Below, one piece after another: positions 40,973 to 54,118 of a stretch of 64,000 nt of DNA (the stretch's first letter is position 1; the number at the start of each line of letters is the position of its first letter). The DNA is from Phoronis australis (taxonomy: Eukaryota > Animalia > Phoronida). The stretch covers positions 387,574 to 451,573 of the forward strand of contig NMRA01000257.1 in assembly GCA_002633005.1 (NCBI GenBank). The letters are read 5' to 3'. Position numbers and translations under genes: made by a program. The notes beneath the pieces were generated by a model. That model ran no database searches. It was not told the origin of the DNA and was given only the letters and a program-made list of their open reading frames with translations.

Positions 40973-41871
40973 TTATTCTAAGTGGAAATCAACTTATTAA
41001 AATCAGACAACTGGACCACATTATAAAATGTAAATAAAACAAAATTTTAAGTTAATGAACTTATTGTTTTTATGTTGATGCCCCGTATTTGTACAGAAAT
41101 GCTCATTGTTTGGGAAATTCAAGATGCAAAAATATTCACACAAAAGAATTTGGAGCTCTAGAGTATAAACAACAAAGAGACTTGGAGGAACACATGTCAA
41201 GTTGCTGTTACAAGCATGTGTCATTTCTACTCTGACCTGCTTGGCTGATTTTGTTGAAAAAGACACTGGTCATTTTTGAGGGGTAAGCAACCAGTCATCT
41301 ACTTTATTGAGCATTTTTGTCACACTCTCACTGACTGCAGACACTCTTTTTGTGTTTTTCAGTGTCTTGGGTCATTGGGTGGCTTGTATGAAGAGATTTC
41401 ATAGCAAATGATTACATTGTCTCGTCTTACATATTTTTGATCCAGCAATCTTTTTGAGAATTAGACTAATTTTTTTCTGCTGAGCTTTGAGGAAATTGAA
41501 ACCTGCGTTTAGAAACGAATGAGAAAATTGTTGAAGACCACAGGAAGAACATTAATGCATCTGGGAGAAAAATAAATATCTGCTGAATATTCTATGAAAC
41601 TCAAAAATGCCATCGTGGATCAAGAAATTCATAATTGTACTTGCGCGAACTGTGATGTGACATTATTTAATGCCTCTTATTAATTTGAAAAGAAGGCACG
41701 AGTTAAAGAGTTGGATAAAAAGCTAATCATGCTAGTCCCTAAATAGAGACCAACATCTGATAAGTTAGCTCTATACATTCCTAAATCACAATCCTAAATG
41801 CAATTAATTTAAGATGTTTTGTTTTCACACTGGAAGACAGCACGGGTGATTTGAATCAAAATATGAAAGCN

Positions 41872-42780
41872 AGTAAGAACATACATGCCAATTTTCACAA
41901 TCATACTTGTAGCGGTTTGGTTGATAGAGGGGTGGACGCCAAAAAACAGACTGAAAAACAGTAAAAATGGCCACTGGGTGTCGCAAACTAGGTCAAATCC
42001 ATCCGAAAATGGGAGGATAGCGTCATCGCACTAATAGGTGCCTACATACCAAATTTCATGAAAATTCGTTAAGGACTTGTGAAGATACAGAGGTAAACGT
42101 AAAAAAATAAAATTGCCACTAGGGGGCACACTGGTAGGCGGATACGTCCAAAAGTCGTCATCGTCTGTTGTTAACACCATATAAATATACTTACACAATT
42201 TCGTAAAGATCCTGCAAACGGTTTAGGAGATATAGCCATAGGCGAAAAAAAAACAAAACTGCCACTAGGAGGCGCCACAGAAGTCGAAATCGTCGGAAAA
42301 TCATTGTCAACCGTCCTCTACATAGTAAGCATATACATGCCAATTTTCACAATCATCCTTTGAGCGGTTTGGTTGATAGAGGGGTTGACGCACAAAAACA
42401 GACTCAAAAACACTAAAAATGGCCACTAGGTGGCGCAAACTATGTCGAATCCATCTGAAAACGGGAGGATAGCGTCATCTCGCTAACAGGTGCCTACATA
42501 CCAAATGTCATGAAAATCCGTTCAGGACTTTTGAAGATACAAAGGTAAGCGTAAAAAACTAAAATTGCCACTAGGGGGCACACCGGTAATCGGATCCGTC
42601 CGCAAGTTCGCACATGCCGTCCCATTCATGAATGGAACATATGTGCCAAATTTCATGAACATATGTCAAAGGGTTTTGGAGATAGAGCAGCGGACGCCAG
42701 ACGCCGGACGGACGCCGCCCGTACGGACGGACGGAGATGACGGCATAATGCGTCCACATATAAATATGTGGGCGCAAAAA
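41872..42780 (+). mobile_element. Second well-preserved pearl/HINE-like copy (5' end lost at a single-N join)
   Basis: CTCF-like motifs at 41971, 42116, 42262, 42423, 42568 (spacing 145/146/161/145); same GACG microsatellite and 3' hairpin as 33767-35443. Confidence 0.85.
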
Positions 42781-43759
42781 AGTCGATGCTGTCTACTAAA
42801 CTATGCTCCACACTTTGTTTTAAGAAGATACTGAAGTCTTGTTACTAATACTTTTAAAACGCCACCTTTATTACTTACATGGTCATGCATCAGAATCATC
42901 AGTGAGATGGCCCACAGTGTAATTTTGTACAAGCTTAGGGCAAGTTCTAATTTAAAAAAACAATTACATAAAATGCGTTTTTATTACAGTGATGATTACT
43001 AATGTTTTGAGCTTTATTTCACATTTCATATTTTGATGATCACATTTAGTTATTAGTTTCGAATTAGATTTCTATTTAATGCATAAAAACAGTTTTCCTG
43101 ATAACCAACAGCTGTCAAATACAAAATGATTTATCAGTCTCATTCTCTTTAATCAAACGTATTGAAAAGTTAAAATCCTAGAGTACATTCCTGCACAGGC
43201 CTACCTGTGATTTCGTGCAAAAGGTCAATCGGTACATTTTAATTAAAAAACTTTAATCAGTAGCAGATCAATAAATAGCTTAAACACTGCAAAAGTTTGA
43301 ATCATTCTGAATTGATATCTTAGTCACAACAAAAAACTAATACTAGAAATTCAGAGGATACTCCGTCACCTACGTACGTTACACTAACTCAACTTACATT
43401 GAGCTGTCTGACAAAAACTTCTTAGAAGATATCATCAAAAATGAGTGTGTTGTACTTTGCAAACATTCCACTAAATCAGCGTATAAAACAAAAATTTGTA
43501 ACTTAATGCAACTAACAGAAAATTAATGTTAAAAATGTCTTTTTAAAAATTCAAATTCTCTGCGAACGTCCGTCACACCCCTTTAAAGGCAATTTTCTCA
43601 GTGAGATACAAAGATAGGGGAAAGTTGATACATGCTTTGAAAGCTACCAATGAGACCTATCAATTGAAGTATTATTTTCCTAGGATGAACATTTTTTTCA
43701 CAATTGATCAAAATGTTCTCTGACTGTACGTCCGTCACAAATGGAGTTGTCCAAATATA

Positions 43760-44345
43760 TCATGAATATACCACGGACTTCGTGACACAGTCCATCTCAA
43801 CTTCCTCCATTCGACTCTTTGCAAATGATACTGTGCTACTACCTCCTCCCTAAATGACAACTCTCTCGCTGCATGGGAAAGCTCACCTCACCAACCAATA
43901 TGCAGTTATCACCTCACCAACCAATACACAGTTATCACCTCAACAACCAACCACTTGAACATAATGATCACACCTCACACTTAGGCACAACACTTTTTTC
44001 CAACCTTAACTACTCAACTACCACAATAAATCCTTCCACTTTATAAATGAAAAATAAAATTGCTCCACAAGCCACCAAGATCACTAGTTTGTACAAAAAT
44101 GAAAAATTCATCAGTAGAGGACCCATTCATCAAAACAAACATAAACAAATTAGAAAAGATCAATGGACACTTGCCAAGTTTGTCACAAATATCCATTCTA
44201 CCTAATCATCTGTCACATCTATGCTACAAAAACTAAACTGGCCAACACTACAAGACCGAGGCACTCAGAACAAGGTCACTCTCCTAAATACAAAATTATG
44301 CCCAACATGGTAGTCACACCTTTCTCCTATCTCCCACCAACCACA
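43760..44345 (+). mobile_element. Decayed LINE, fragment 2
   Basis: SSIRLFANDTVL (cf. RLFADD), then DPFIKTNINKLEK...AKFVT...SSVTSMLQKLNWPTLQDR...YKIM. Confidence 0.8.
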
Positions 44346-44468
44346 CCTAAACCAAACGGTTAACAGACTGCTAAACACTGTGTCGGATGCAAAAACACAA
44401 CTCAGGTACCTGCAAACATCGTTCACCAACTCACATACACACGATCGGAATCACAAAATACAATTCAT

Positions 44469-46810
44469 CAGGGCTTGACACTAATAAAATCGCCAGGTTT
44501 CATTTTGTGACCAAGCCAAAATCCCACGTTGCATTTTCAAAATCTAGCCAGGTCGCAAAATTTTCCCGCCATTTTTACGCGTCAAAATTGATTTTAATAG
44601 ATCGAGAAAATTTTTAAACTATGCTCTTACCTGTAGCATTAAATACTCACAAATTGCAGATCGCAAAATTGAGTTCGTTCATGCAGGTATGGAGTTACTG
44701 TTCTTCACGACCGCCATTGAAAGGCTCTAGAGGGCAAGACAAGTTGCCGACGTAAAAGTTGAATCAATGCTCTCTAACTGACATGTGCATTCGAGTAGCC
44801 TAAGTTTGCGATAGATCAAGTTTAAGTCTAATACTGGAATAAAAACTTACTAAAATTTAACGACATTGCGTCTGCATCTCACAGACTTCAGCTTGGCTTG
44901 TGAGTTGTTACATTATCATTCTTCTGGCCAATTGGTGGCGTTTTGACCAGACGACGCGGGATTGATGTCAGAACATCATCCCATACGTGTGAAAAATCAA
45001 ATCTTAAGCCGCCTCTTTTATTTAAGTTTGTGATGTGAAAAGGGAGAAAATGTCCGTTGAAAAAGTATCCGAGATTTTGCTAGGTTTGACCTGCTATTGG
45101 CTGTCATCAAAGTCGTTAAAGATCCAAACTAACTCGGAGTGCAAATTCCCTCCACTTTTTGTTCGCAGCCCAAAGTTTGCAACTTAACTCGACGTTTGAA
45201 AAACATCTGTCAAAAAAAACGCGAAATGATGCCCTAACCAAATGAATTATTTGGATGCGCGGGAACAATTCGGTGCAAATTTCACAACAAAAATGTGGTA
45301 CTTGTGCTATTTACGTACTCAACAATTAGTTTTCCGTGAATAGAATAGCCTCGAAATAATACCCGACTCCGTGCGGGATTCCATCGTGTAATTCGAGTTT
45401 GCTCCTCAACTCCTTCCAAGTACGGAAAAATAGGTCAGTCACGAAACAACACGCATGTCACTAGTGTTAACTTTCTTTCGGAGGTATGAAACAAAGCCGG
45501 GACTTGGTTTTTACATATTGAGAAAAGACGTGTTTTGAAAACTGAATTTGTTTTGTAAAATGAGAGTGACACACTATATAGATGCGTGTTCACTAACCAC
45601 AATTTCGCATCTAGTACCCGTTTAGTTGCAATAGCTGGCTACAGGCATAGAATATAGGGTTTAGGGAACATCGACCTCGGGGAAACATCATCACAGGAAA
45701 ATATCAGTTCTGAGTTACCAGGTGTATCGGTCCCGGGGAATATCATAAAGCATCGGGTATTTTATAACAGCCGGGAATGTGAGAGTTCATTTTCAAAAAA
45801 CCAATGGGTGCTTAATGGAGCCAAGCCAGAAGACTCTTTCATTTAGGACTGTCACTGTTCTCTTTTGATGTGCAGCTTTGAAGTGGTGTGCGCGAGTTCT
45901 ACATTTTATGCTGGCAATGTGTGAAAGACAATTCATATTTCGCGCACATAGCTCCAGAAACAAGTAAAGGGGTTTGAGAATTTTTTGCAACTGAAAGTTA
46001 AGACGTGGCCATCATTTGGCGATTAATAGGGTTGTCATTTTCACTTTGGCTGTCGTATGCAATAAAAAACGAGACGCACATCTCTAAGTCACGATTGTCT
46101 TCCGGAACAGCTTGCATGCTAACAACGGGACCGACCAGCGCTGCAGTGCGATATCAAGGATATTGTCGTGGATGTTTGGTACATGTAATAAGGACATCTT
46201 ACGCGAAAAATGAACAATTTGTCCACCACAAAGTTTGGTAAGTTGATTGCTTAAATACCGCAGTTTTGTGAGGTTTTATCATGTTATGCAGTGGCCCGAA
46301 ACTTTCTGCGGCGAATCTGGAAATTTGCAAAAGTGGCCGAAAATGTTAGCCAATGAAACACGTCAAAGATCGATTCTGCATATCCCATGTTCACGTGACT
46401 TGTTTACAAGTCATCGGGAGGGCTGTTCTCGGTTAGTGTTCTTTTGAACTTGGATTTGGCAACAACCAAATAACGATGGGATTAACAGTGCTGTAGTGGG
46501 GTGTAGGAGCACATAGGCGCAGCCAACCACCTTTAGGCATTTGAACGTCGCGCCTACACACCATAAGTTACGTTCAGTGTTCAAGGTGATACGGTGGACT
46601 TTGGGCGTCTACTTACCTCTAATTTTACCACTACAGCACTGATTAACAAGAGTTGCTTTATATTTGCCAGGTATCTGCCGAGATCAGCTCGCATACTTTG
46701 GAAATTCCAGGTCGCATTTTGCGACTTGATATGAACTGACAAAAATCTCAGCTCTCATTTCCTAATTTAAAGTCGCAAATGCGACCTGCAGCTCGTTATG
46801 TCGAGCCCTG
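44469..46810. mobile_element. hAT-like non-autonomous element (2.3 kb)
   Basis: ttcat|CAGGGCTTGACA...TGTCGAGCCCTG|ttcag (5-bp TSD, 1 mismatch); subterminal gtcgca/tgcgac repeats at both ends. Confidence 0.75.
46486..46641. mobile_element. MITE with 14-bp TIR and 5-bp TSD
   Basis: attaa|CAGTGCTGTAGTGG...CCACTACAGCACTG|attaa. Confidence 0.88.
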
Positions 46811-47569
46811 TTCAGTTACCCAAAGTACATGGTCACGGATTCTCAGTCACACAGAAACACGGTACAAGGACCGCCAATGCGGATAAAATGTAGAAGTCAG
46901 CTTCGACAGTTGTGTAATGGGTGCGAGATTAAATATAATTTTGAACAAATGATTGTCTGTAATGCGATGTAATTGTTGTAAATTAGAAACAATAAACAAT
47001 TATTTAAATTGCTTATTTGTTTTACAACTTATTGATGTTGATGTTTGTGACCTGTTTACTATTAAGTTGATGCGCAGTGAAAAAGAACATTTGAAATTGA
47101 TTTTAGCACAACTTGAAATATTTGTTTCCTCTGAAAGTTAGCTCTCAAATTGTATTTTTGTACCAAAACCAGGTTTTTGTAGGCAAAGGTGTTGCCAAAT
47201 ACATGAAGATTGAACTATTTTGCGCTACTTATCCAGGAAGCCGACGAGTCCATGACCATGTGTTCGGCATGCTTTATCGGAGTGAACCATGTTTGTACTC
47301 TGTTTCTACGTGAATGTGAGACCGTGACATGTATTTTGGGTGAACGGGTCGTGTTTTGTAAGTCCGATCCTGTGTATGTGAGTCAGTGAACAGTGTTTGC
47401 AAGTACATGAGACGTGTTCATGCATCCGACACTGTGTTTAGCAGTCTGTTAATCGTGTAGTTCAGGTACCTTGACATTGTGTTTGCATTTTAGTTATGTC
47501 CAGAGTTTGGTCTCTCATCTTCCAGCATTGCTTAATACTAGTTGAGTTCTGTTTAGGCAACTTATAGGC

Positions 47570-47760
47570 ACAACCTCTTCTCGCAATGCGGGGATCCCAT
47601 CACTTTCCTAAGACTGCACACTCATACCGGTACAGCTAATTATGCCCACTCCTTTCTACCCACCGTAACCTTATGGAACCACCCACTCCATCGCATTGTA
47701 TCAGCACCTTGCCTGCTTCTGTCCCACTCATTAAGACATATGACTATACAGGAAGCAGCT
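47570..47760 (+). mobile_element. Decayed LINE, fragment 3 (ORF2 C-terminus)
   Basis: ANYAHSF.PTVTLWNHP...IVSAP (cf. YSFFPRTI..WN.LP..VVSAPS). Confidence 0.65.
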
Positions 47761-50702
47761 CCGCAGCAAAGATTGTTCTAAAACCCCTCCACCCCCACAC
47801 CACACGATCCACAACCTCCTTGACCCACGACCTGCAGCAATAGAGGTACCTTTGTGCTTTTAATCGCAAACCTAAAATAATTTTTGAAAAGCTTATGTTT
47901 TCAGTTAAACGAAAACGACTGATTTCCTCGCTGAGTCCAAAAAATTAGTGATCTCACCCATTAATATAAAGCTAAAAAGTAAAACACATTCATATTAGAA
48001 AACTGAAGACATTTTTTACAGCGGACAAACACATTAGTGTAACCTGCAGCTACGCACAACAGATCGCATGCAGGGCCACAAAAGTGCATGGCCGCTAACG
48101 TGCCAACTTTCCTGGCCAGCTGTAGTCGCCCTTTGATCCGTCAAACTGAAAAACAGTCCGTGATTCCTATCCATCATCGGCATTCCTGTCCTGTTGTGGG
48201 ACAAAAGGTGCACCGTACTGTTTTCTGTGCTTCGGAGGTCCGTCTGCCATTTCTCTCACAAAAGGTGTGTTGTTCCTGTTTCAATCATACGCCTTATTTA
48301 CCGTGCATTTGAAACGTGCTGTTGTCTGCTGTTAGTTGTTCGGGTTTGTACAATGTATGTAGTGTTCTTAATAACAGCCACACCCAGTGAAGCTGAAGGC
48401 GAGTCTATAACCTTGTTGTATTACTACAGGTTCACTAGCTAGGCCTCTAGAAGTACTCACCAGTTAAAACACAGCTATTCAAGCTTCAGTAAAACCCAAT
48501 ACAGGTGCCCATCCCCCCCGACATCCTGATTGCTTGCTGAAAGACTGCCAGCAGGGTTCCCGCCAGCAGTTTAAATAAAACCAGCATCTGGGGAACCATA
48601 AAACTGACAAATCACAAGACACCACAGAAAGATAAAGGACGAATGATGATGACGATTACAACAACCTGATGGAGCCGAACCCGGTTTTGGGTACAAGTAG
48701 TTGTCCAGCGAGGTGGTCGTGGGCCGGGGTTGTGAGGTGAGGGGCAGAGGGGGGTCAAAGGGGTTTCAGAACAATCCCAACAGCACATCACAACTTCGAA
48801 AGTGCACTCAGTAGCCCACACATGCATTAGTCTGGACTTTGGAGTGAATCGGAAATGAGCTATAAAGCATTAAAATGTAATTTTTGTGGCCAATCTATGC
48901 AACTCACTGATTGATAAATTGTAGTGAGGCACGGCACTGGTTTTCNATAAAACCAGCATCCGGGGAACCATAAAACTGACAAATCACAAGACACCACAGA
49001 AAGATAAAGGACGAATGATGTTGACGATTACAACAACCTGATGGAGCCGAACCCGGTTTTGGGTACAAGTAGTTGTCCAGCGAGGTGGTCGTGGGCCGGG
49101 GTTGTGAGGTGAGGGGCAGAGGGGGGTCAAAGGGGTTTCAGAACAATCCCAACAGCACATCACAACTTCGAAAGTGCACTCAGTAGCCCACACATGCATT
49201 AGTCTGGACTTTGGAGTGAATCGGAAATGAGCTATAAAGCATTAAAATGTAATTTTTGTGGCCAATCTATGCAACTCACTGATTGATAAATTGTAGTGAG
49301 GCACGGCACTGGTTTTCGGAATATTGGGTTAAAGCCATGCACTCAAGAGCCAAGGCATGGCTTTGAACTCAAATTTCGCAGGGGCAGGAAACCCAAAAAA
49401 TGTATTCGTATCCGACCAGTGCCAATTCGGACTGCCATGACCATTTGTTGAATTGTTTTTAAGCAACACGTGTGCCAACACGTACGGTAGAAGTCGAAGC
49501 TTTCTGTGTGTGTTGTTGGAGAAATAGGAAAAAGAAGACAACGACGAAGAGAGGCATGACGTTTTGGTTTTGACTACAAAATGACTTTTTCGCAAGACAG
49601 TACTGACAGTAGTATATAGTAGGCTACTGTCACTATCACTCAGACAGAAACTACACTAAAATTATTCAGGTATTCAGCTGCTCTACAAAATTAGTGCAAT
49701 GATACACCAAGAATAACATTTAATGACTGTGAGGTAACTTTAATCATTCCTTCCAAGTTCTTCACATATTTACATAACAAGTAACACAAGAAGTACTCAC
49801 GTGTTCTTGGAAATAAAACCCCGGGCACGCGCACACAACACACACAACCACACACAATGCAGTTCACTGCAACACCACTGCAGAGTGCACTCAGCTGTGT
49901 GCGAAAAGTGCAGGGCTAGTTCATTCGTGACGCAGGAGGGGTGAGGGGTATTTATTACCAAAGTCAGTCCGGCAGCCAGTCGGTGTTCATGGCACGAGCG
50001 CTGATACGCCGTAAAATGTAACAATTTCGATTGCACTTTTTTTCAGTCTTCCCAAACCAATAAAAACTTTGAAATAAAACATTATTCTGATTGCACCACC
50101 AACAATATTATTTATCTTATCACATGCAAAAAATGTTCTATCCAATTCGTAGGACAAACTCAACATAATCTACAAACTCGGTTTCGTAATCATAGATTTA
50201 TCATAATACATAAAAACATTTCTAATACTATAGGTAATCATTTCAATTCAAAAAAAACATAATCTTCAAGGGTTTCTGTACAAATAATAGAAAAACTCCA
50301 ACACCCCAGTACCCCTCATAGCCTCATAAGTGAACAATTTTGGATAGACAAGCCCAATACACTAGAACCTCATGGATTAAACATAAAAAACTTCTTAAAT
50401 TATACCATTTAATTATTTCCGCAACAATGTATCATATTCATTACGCCACATCTGAAGGCACTATTTCCGCTTCATTTTTGTTAAAAACTTCATGAAACGG
50501 ATCTTTACGCAAACACTTTTATTCGAAACCTAAGCCCAAATAATAGTCTTTGCCATGGCATCGAATTTTTTTATAGTGAACTGAATTTAATACAGATTTT
50601 TTTAGCTTAATTTTTTCATTTTGTGTGGTGCACCAAGAAATAAATGGATGCCGGACGAAGTGTCAATCGAAGATTCGAGTGTCGAATATGAACTTGGAGT
50701 TT

Positions 50703-51580
50703 NNNNNNNNNNNNNNNNNNNNNNNNNNNNNNNNNNNNNNNNNNNNNNNNNNNNNNNNNNNNNNNNNNNNNNNNNNNNNNNNNNNNNNNNNNNNNNNNNN
50801 NNNNNNNNNNNNNNNNNNNNNNNNNNNNNNNNNNNNNNNNNNNNNNNNNNNNNNNNNNNNNNNNNNNNNNNNNNNNNNNNNNNNNNNNNNNNNNNNNNNN
50901 NNNNNNNNNNNNNNNNNNNNNNNNNNNNNNNNNNNNNNNNNNNNNNNNNNNNNNNNNNNNNNNNNNNNNNNNNNNNNNNNNNNNNNNNNNNNNNNNNNNN
51001 NNNNNNNNNNNNNNNNNNNNNNNNNNNNNNNNNNNNNNNNNNNNNNNNNNNNNNNNNNNNNNNNNNNNNNNNNNNNNNNNNNNNNNNNNNNNNNNNNNNN
51101 NNNNNNNNNNNNNNNNNNNNNNNNNNNNNNNNNNNNNNNNNNNNNNNNNNNNNNNNNNNNNNNNNNNNNNNNNNNNNNNNNNNNNNNNNNNNNNNNNNNN
51201 NNNNNNNNNNNNNNNNNNNNNNNNNNNNNNNNNNNNNNNNNNNNNNNNNNNNNNNNNNNNNNNNNNNNNNNNNNNNNNNNNNNNNNNNNNNNNNNNNNNN
51301 NNNNNNNNNNNNNNNNNNNNNNNNNNNNNNNNNNNNNNNNNNNNNNNNNNNNNNNNNNNNNNNNNNNNNNNNNNNNNNNNNNNNNNNNNNNNNNNNNNNN
51401 NNNNNNNNNNNNNNNNNNNNNNNNNNNNNNNNNNNNNNNNNNNNNNNNNNNNNNNNNNNNNNNNNNNNNNNNNNNNNNNNNNNNNNNNNNNNNNNNNNNN
51501 NNNNNNNNNNNNNNNNNNNNNNNNNNNNNNNNNNNNNNNNNNNNNNNNNNNNNNNNNNNNNNNNNNNNNNNNNNNNNNNT
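50703..51580. other. Assembly gap (878 N)
   Basis: Run of N. Confidence 1.
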
Positions 51581-52015
51581 ACCACCTTCTAGTGTGTCTG
51601 ATGTTCTTCCTGGAGTAAACCTGAGTCAACCTTCCCACACCTCGAATGATGTTGTTCCTACCAATGATGCGGGTCATACTAGCAGCGGTACACTTGACGT
51701 GACGGGAGACGTTCCTTTGCGACGCTCTTCCAGGACCAAACGTCCTCCAACCTACCTTCAGGATTTTGTGGTTGATTAAGTGTTATGGTATCCTCCCTGG
51801 ACTTTGATGGTACCGATCCTAGTTCAAGTGTATTACATGTATTGTGCTAATTTTTTCTTAGGACTGATAAGTGTTACTTCAAAGGACTTAAAGAGACATT
51901 ACGCCACTATTGGTTTCCGGTTTATTATTTTACGCGAGTTATTCGTTTGACTATTTTTGTTAGCCTTCCGGTTTCGCCATTTGCGATAAATAAACACAAG
52001 TATTTTGAGTTCACA
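51581..52015 (+). mobile_element. 3' end of an LTR-retrotransposon pol ORF plus 3' UTR/LTR remnant
   Basis: ...PLRRSSRTKRPPTYLQDFVVD* (stop 51777-79), an RRS.R...PP..L.D tail typical of LTR pol C-termini; AATAAA near 51989 followed by ...ttcaca. Confidence 0.6.
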
Positions 52016-52052
52016 CATTTACTCTCATTTTACTGGCGCATATTCATTACGC

Positions 52053-53044
52053 CACATCTTAAATGTCAATTGTCATATAGTGTTCGATTTTACTTTATTT
52101 CTGTTTCTGTTGACGAAGGACGTTATTATATCCGAAAATTTCAGTTGATCCATTCTTGTTGTTTTATTTACCTATATATATTCTACGTTTCGTGAAACAA
52201 TAGTATCTTATTCAGTTTCAGATTTATATTCTACGTAAAATCATAGACTATGGTACAACTGTTACATATACATCATTGTTACATTTTACGTTGCTAAGCC
52301 TCTCCTACTTGTTGAAAACATTCCTTGTCAAAGAACTGGGGATCGTTCTACGATGATATGTAAGTTCAAAAATTGCGTTAAGTTGAACCCTAAGGCAGAC
52401 ATTCAAGTTTTTCGAGAAGTAACGACTTGACGACTGGTCGGCTGCGGTCACCGGGTCATCAAAGAATATCTGGTAACGGACATACAAAACACGCAATTAT
52501 TTTATGTGGAATGGGCCCCAATATTCTTAGAAAAACACAGTGGAGGTTTAACAGAGTGATTTGAACAAAGTTTCATTGAAAGTGGATTGTATGGAACAAA
52601 AACGGCCAACGTCGCAGTCAGCAATGTTTAATAAGCTTTTTATGCAATGCATCAAAAGGATAAACATACCAAACTCCCTTATCTGCGACCTGTAACCTGA
52701 CAAAAAGTGGCGCCTCATAAGACACGTGGCTTCACGTCCATTAATAATAGAATGTTCAATCTTTGTCCTCATTTATAGGCTATGTATTTCGAACTAACGA
52801 CCATACTGATCAAATAGCAATTTTAATTATCTTAACGTAGAAAATATCTGAAACTAAATAAGGCGATCCAGATCCTCCCAAGGATACTATTGTTTCATGA
52901 AATGAAGAATATAAATCGGTAAATAAAACAACAAGAATGGATCAACTGAAATTTGAAATTTTCGGATGTAATAAATTCCTTTGTCAACAAAAACAAAAAT
53001 AAAGAAAAATCAAACACAAAATGACAATTGACATATAAGATATG
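52053..53044. mobile_element. Fold-back element with ~190-bp imperfect TIRs
   Basis: 52053-52240 is the reverse complement of 52830-53044. Confidence 0.75.
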
Positions 53045-53147
53045 ATTTTACTTTATTTCTGTTTTTGTTGACAAAGGAAGTTATTACATCCGAAAATTTC
53101 AAATTTCAGTTGATCCATTCTTGTTGTTTTATTTACCGATTTATATT
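52908..53147. repeat. Near-perfect long hairpin (~105-bp arms, ~30-nt loop)
   Basis: aatataaatcggtaaataaaacaacaagaatggatcaactgaaatttgaaattttcggatg... versus ...catccgaaaatttcaaatttcagttgatccattcttgttgttttatttaccgatttatatt. Confidence 0.85.
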
Positions 53148-53323
53148 AATTATCTTAAAAGACGGGAAAGAGAAAATGCATGTTTCTATAGTCCGAAAGG
53201 CCGACAGTCAGCTTTTTGGACTATTGCCCCTTTAAATTGAAACTATCGACCTAGACCAGGTTTGAGCAAAACGATCATGTCCCTTGAAGGGGCGAATCCA
53301 GGATTTTGAGTTGGGGGGGGGGC

Positions 53324-54118
53324 TGTGATATAATAAGGCACTGCTCTCCACGTGCATGCAAACATGTCTTAAAATGTTCCCAGGGGATATGCATACTTCT
53401 GCGGTAGTTGAGATTCCTCAGAGGATGGGCACACCCCTGGTGTAGCAAATCTGAGAAGGGTGGCAGTTATGCAAGAATTTTCTATAGGATAGTTAATCAC
53501 CAACTGAGATTCCACATCTCTAGAGTGGCCATAAATAGAGAATCCTCATAGGATAGGCACACCCTTGGCCGGGGTAGCAAATCGATCTGAGAGGGGTGGC
53601 ACTTATGCAAGAATTTTCTATAGGATAGTTAATCGCCAACTGAGATTCCACATCTCTAGAGTGGCAATTAAATAGAGATTCCTCAGAGGATAGGCACACC
53701 CCTGGTGTAGCAAATCTGAGAGGGGTGGCAGTAATGCAAGAATTTTCTATAAGATAGTTAATTAGCTGGTCATAAGAGAGATCTACTAAAAGAGGTGGGA
53801 CCATCACGTGATTGCTCCAAGGGTATTATTTAAGGCACTAACAGAAGCAGACCGATCAGATCGCACCGAACAGGCCAACTCGAATCTTCAAAAACTGCGA
53901 AGTCACGATCTCCAGACAGTGAACGGCAGAGACGAGAACCAGGACCGGGACGGAAAACCCACGTATCAAGTCTAAAGTATATAACTGAGGTATAGACATT
54001 TAACACAGGTGTTGGTCTCAGCCTGTTAGTCAATTTGAACCAGTCTAGCGATTGTTCTAGAGGGTTAGTTCTGTTGCGACTAGTAATGTGTTTGCATGTG
54101 CGATTGCTATACTGGTAA
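53324..54118 (+). mobile_element. LTR copy (3'-truncated) with expanded U3 tandem repeats, adjoining a GGGGCGAATCCAGG MITE end
   Basis: Starts tgtgatataataaggc; about three ~135-bp internal repeats; tatttaaggcact; ggtctcagcctgttagtcaatttgaac shared with the 40175 LTR. Confidence 0.75.

Larger units (their letters stand above)
39529..43752. mobile_element. Sola-like DNA transposon remnant hosting nested LTR and HINE insertions
   Basis: aaat|GGGCAATTCC...GGAGTTGTCC|aaat: imperfect 10-bp TIR with a 4-bp AWWT TSD; subterminal ccgtcac repeats at 43360-43740. Confidence 0.55.
44345..47467. mobile_element. Long-TIR (~200 bp) fold-back element inserted in the LINE
   Basis: ttaacagactgctaaacac.gtgtcggatgca... 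at 44360 is the reverse complement of 47270-47467; the left arm is split by the 44469-46810 element and resumes at 46811. A related copy lies near 26720-27110. Confidence 0.7.

Noticed and set aside
41200-41640. Possible transposase remnant (HIFDPAIF...GRKINI) inside the Sola-like element
   Set aside because: Too many stops and frameshifts to assign by eye; needs a tBLASTn/HMM search.
48575-49317. ~370-bp tandem duplication giving two near-identical 71-aa ORFs
   Set aside because: Single N at the junction (48946); most likely an assembly artefact, and the ORFs have no recognisable features.
50602-51779. Long ORFs of 323-384 aa in the ORF track
   Set aside because: They are open only because they cross the N gap.
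10741-52560. Scattered CACAGTG heptamers as RAG-type RSS or RAG-transposon ends
   Set aside because: I found no correctly spaced ACAAAAACC-like nonamers, no paired termini and no RAG1/2-like coding sequence.
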